From assembly GCA_000708835.1 (NCBI GenBank), contig DF237384.1, positions 14,379 through 78,378 on the forward strand: a stretch of DNA of 64,000 bases, given 5' to 3'. Under the pieces are notes generated by a model. It was given only the letters and a program-made list of their open reading frames with translations, was not told the origin of the DNA and ran no database searches. The DNA is from Klebsormidium nitens. Taxonomy: Eukaryota; Plantae; Klebsormidiophyceae. Shown in pieces: positions 62,001 through 64,000 of the stretch (position 1 is the stretch's first letter; every line of letters begins with the position of its first letter). The translations under genes were made by a program, and so were the position numbers.

Positions 62001-64000
62001 CGCTTATAAAAACGTTCTCACTCCTTAAGTGTATGGAACACCTACGCAAACGCGTCTGGTGATAAATTTCTTAGAGAGAAGGTGGTGTAAAGGTTTGAAA
62101 CAGGAATTCATGGACCACATGTCTCATTCATGTAACCGACTTGCATGTATACTGTAGATCCCTGTATGATACAATGAGCCACGGACGTTGCACGCTAGAC
62201 CAATGCACATGCGTGAACCCAGTCGGCATGCCCGTTTTTAATCCGACCATCCAACAATAATTATGCTCGGGATTTGTGACGAGTTCGCACAGTACTACAC
62301 TGCGCTAATAATATCATTGGCAATGCGGGGTGCGAGCACCTATATTCAAGATGATCCGCCGAGGGAGGCTCGAAGACTAGAGCGCTTAATGATCCAAGCC
62401 CCCCTTCGAGAGCGAACCTCTGAATTGTCGCGAAATGAACAGATCGATTAGAGGCGGGGGCCCGCGTAGAGGGAGTGGAGTAGCAGTTTGCCGTGCCCAT
62501 CTGCACTGGGCTTACTTCTTATCACACCGTACCATGGGGGGCAAAGTAATATAACCACGTACATTGGTGAGCCATAACTTACTGTGGGCCTTATTGTACG
62601 GTGATCTCATGTGCCATGCAAAAATCGAACTTGACTGTTGATGCAAGGAGCGATGTCACGCTGCATTCAGAATTCCCCTGCAACGTCAGCAAGGTGCTTG
62701 TTGATCCAACGTTTGATGGTAGCGTCAGCTCACACGAAAAGGTTTGATTACCCTCGTTCTGCGTGTGCCCATCTTTCCGCACCACGCCAAAGAGCTTTCA
62801 AATGGGTACTCTGACCGGGTGAATAAATTCACATCGTCTTGCTGTCTTGCTTAGCAAAAGTTGATCTTTCATCTTCCGCTTTCTGGAAAGTAGAATATGG
62901 GCGACCCAAGCGTGATCAATGAGATGAAACCAAGCTTATATATCGAGTTGCTTTGCTAAGCAAGATTGTTTTGAGACCTTGGTGAAGGGCATGAAAGAGT
63001 GCGATTTAGCACCTTCATCGCGTCTCCACCAAGATCATGTTGTATAGCTGATCAAGACAATCTTATATCTAGGCCAACTCGTTTCATAATCTGTAAAACT
63101 GAGGCTACGACAGCCATGCACCCTTGACGAACGCACATGCGTACGGACCATAATTGGGTGTTTCGGGCCTTAAACTCGGTAATCATGGACGTGGTCCCGA
63201 GCATTGTCTTGTATGCCAGTGGTCGCACCGATACGGCGAAGCGTCCGTATCTGACGCTATGCATTCTTACAAGGGAGATCGGCTTACGAACTGGCGGTGG
63301 AGTTGGTGAAACTGGCCGACAATGCGAGCTGGGAGTCTGCTAACGCGCATGGTCATCAATATTGACCAACACCCCGGTTGATCCCCAATGAAACCTTTTG
63401 ATTTCCGATATTTGAAGACGGACCAGGTTAACTTAGATTGTTTGTGGGTCTACTTTTATCCACATGAGTCAAATCTCATCAAACGGTTCCGTCTGTATCT
63501 TGTTAGTGCTTCGTCCAAAAGGATCTTTAGAAAACGTTCTAGCGGGACGCTCTGCACCCACAAAGTTTGTCATTCGGCTTTCTCTTTGCGGCCCCCGAAC
63601 AAACTCAAGATTGAAAGACCGGTCTATAGTAAAGACAAGTTTAAGACTGAGCTGTGACACTGAGGATTTGATTCATTGTTGGACAATCCACCCGATTGTG
63701 ACACGTGGCAGATCATTGTGGTGGATAGGCCGTTCTTTCGAAATCAGTGAAACTACGGACACGGCCGCGCTAATCTTCATAGTCACAGAGCCTGCAAACA
63801 TTGAACAATATTTTCGTCAAAGATGAATGAAAGCTGGGTTACAAAAACTCTTTTGTAGGTATTTATAGAGTCTTCAACTCCGCACTTTGACTCGGACCGG
63901 CCGTATTCACGCGGCACTCCGGCTAGGCCTCGGAATCCACCGAGTACTTCGCCCAGCCTGGGGTATAGTACCGCATGTAACGCTTGAGCTAGGCCCAATC

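Overview
Intron-rich eukaryotic genomic DNA. The housekeeping genes look plant-like, so the source is probably a streptophyte green alga such as Klebsormidium (inference, not confirmed). Positions 1-45124 (+) are one giant gene, 5'-truncated by the window. I joined 35 exons by hand with GT-AG boundaries; reading phase is kept at every junction. The model gives about 29.6 kb of CDS (about 9,860 aa in this window alone), encoding a predicted single-pass type I surface protein. Its order is: at least 12 tandem cassettes, each one phase-1 symmetric exon (Ig/IPT-like + cadherin-like beta-sandwich + IPT/TIG) carrying hypervariable Trp/Tyr-rich loops and arranged in a period-3 super-repeat; two more IPT domains; about 7 filamin-like repeats; a 323-aa Ser/Pro extensin-like stalk; about 21 filamin-like repeats; a PKD/REJ-like region; a KRRSLL motif; three copies of an unrecognised ~150-aa domain; one TM helix; and a short basic tail. 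One cassette exon has a 1-nt frameshift, and there is one assembly gap. Downstream are a type I (LSD1 zinc-finger) metacaspase (-), a SYP13-like syntaxin (+), a Tim17/Tim22 (PRAT) family gene (-) and RPS11/uS17 (+). The last ~5 kb has no gene I can identify. All coordinates and counts are manual; no database searches were run.
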